From assembly GCF_026210795.1 (NCBI RefSeq), contig NC_089435.1, forward strand, positions 2,046,001-2,110,000: DNA of 64,000 nt, given 5' to 3'. Of the stretch, positions 62,993 through 64,000 are shown one piece after another (positions within the stretch are counted from its first letter, which is position 1; the number at the start of each line of letters is the position of its first letter). Source of the DNA: Rhizophagus irregularis (lineage: Eukaryota). The notes beneath the pieces are model-generated. The model was not told the origin of the DNA. It searched no databases and worked only from the letters and a program-made list of their open reading frames with translations. The position numbers and the translations under genes were made by a program.

Positions 62993-63805
62993 GGACCTGG
63001 ATCTTGATGGTATCTAATGAAATAAAAGGGAGAGGTTATCTTATGATCACTCAGATAAATAAGTTATTGAATTGCTAGGCTGATATCAGAACGCTCATCC
63101 ACGCTTACTCAGGCACATATACCAGATTTCATCTAAACTCACAAAGAATCCCGACAAATAAGCAAAAGCATATTTGGAAAACCTTAGACATATACATACG
63201 TGAGCAGACCCATGAACTAAATCGTAAAAAAACCTTCATTGCAATTAAAGCTCAAACTTTTTAAATTTAAACACAATAACTCACCAAATGTATTAAATGT
63301 GATAATAAATTCCTATTGATTTTGTTATAGATTTCTTGTGTAAGGAGAACCTTGGACTTGATGATAAAAATAATATTAAATTAATATATCAATAGAATTG
63401 ATAAATACGGAAAAACTGGATCTTGATGATAATAATCTAGAAATAAAGAGAAAGGTTATCCTATGATCACTCAGATAAATGAGTTATTGAATTACTAGGC
63501 TGATATCAGAACGCTCATCCACGCTTACTCAGGCACATATACCAGATTTCATCTAAACTCACAAAGAATCCCGACAAATAAGCAAAAGCATATTTGGAAA
63601 ACCTTAGACATATACGTGTGTGAGCAGACCCATGAACTAAACCGTAAAAAAGCCTTCATTGCAATTAAAGCCCAACCTCCAAATTTGAACACAAAATAAC
63701 TCACCAAATGCATGATAAATAAATTTCTTTTGATATTGTTAAAAATGAGATGGTCATGCTGGCAGAACTTAATAGATTTCTTGTGTAAGGAGACCTGGAT
63801 CTTAA
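62993..63805 (-). repeat. Second, inverted locus of the ~420-bp hairpin-intron repeat (2 units)
   Basis: Reverse complement of the 17.0-18.4 kb unit (e.g. GGCTGATATCAGAACGCTCATCCACGCTTACTCAGGCAC occurs twice). A more degenerate partial unit continues to about 63860. Confidence 0.93.
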
Positions 63806-64000
63806 TGATGATGGTTTAGAGAGATTTGTTATCCTATAATCAGATTCTGATAATCAAATGGTATTGTTAATCGAAAACCAAAGTAACTTTTGGCTTGAAG
63901 ATATCTTAGGAGTACGATGTTAAAATCGGTTTTGATTTTTCGCGATATAAATGTAGATAAAGCTTGTGCGTGATATTTTCATTAAATAATATTGAAGGAA

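Noticed and set aside
17010..63805. Inverted 17-kb and 63-kb arrays as TIRs of one giant 46-kb element
   Set aside because: Outer flanks are not homologous, unit numbers differ and no TSD is seen. They are better explained as dispersed copies.

Overview
AT-rich eukaryotic genomic DNA with short GT-AG introns. The gene families present point to an arbuscular mycorrhizal fungus (Glomeromycota, Rhizophagus-like); this is inferred from family content, not verified. The window is an accessory-type cluster of expanded families: seven BTB/POZ-BACK-TLDc loci on the - strand (4 complete, 1 cut by the window edge, 1 pseudogene, 1 fragment), F-box/RNI-like LRR genes (1 intact, several broken), and tyrosine-kinase-like kinases, one carrying about 27 Sel1-like repeats. 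Interleaved transposons include an intact Tc1/mariner, an intact-looking 6.4-kb Ginger-type element (TGT..ACA ends, 4-bp TSD, 7-exon integrase gene, 62-bp palindromic array), hAT and PIF/Harbinger non-autonomous elements, and Helitron 3' ends. The most unusual unexplained signal is a ~420-bp tandem repeat at 17.0-18.4 kb, with an inverted second locus at 63.0-63.8 kb. Each unit looks like a non-coding exon plus an intron that folds by eye into a ~220-nt rod-like hairpin, making it a candidate polycistronic intronic hairpin/small-RNA system. All structure calls were made by eye, without tools.
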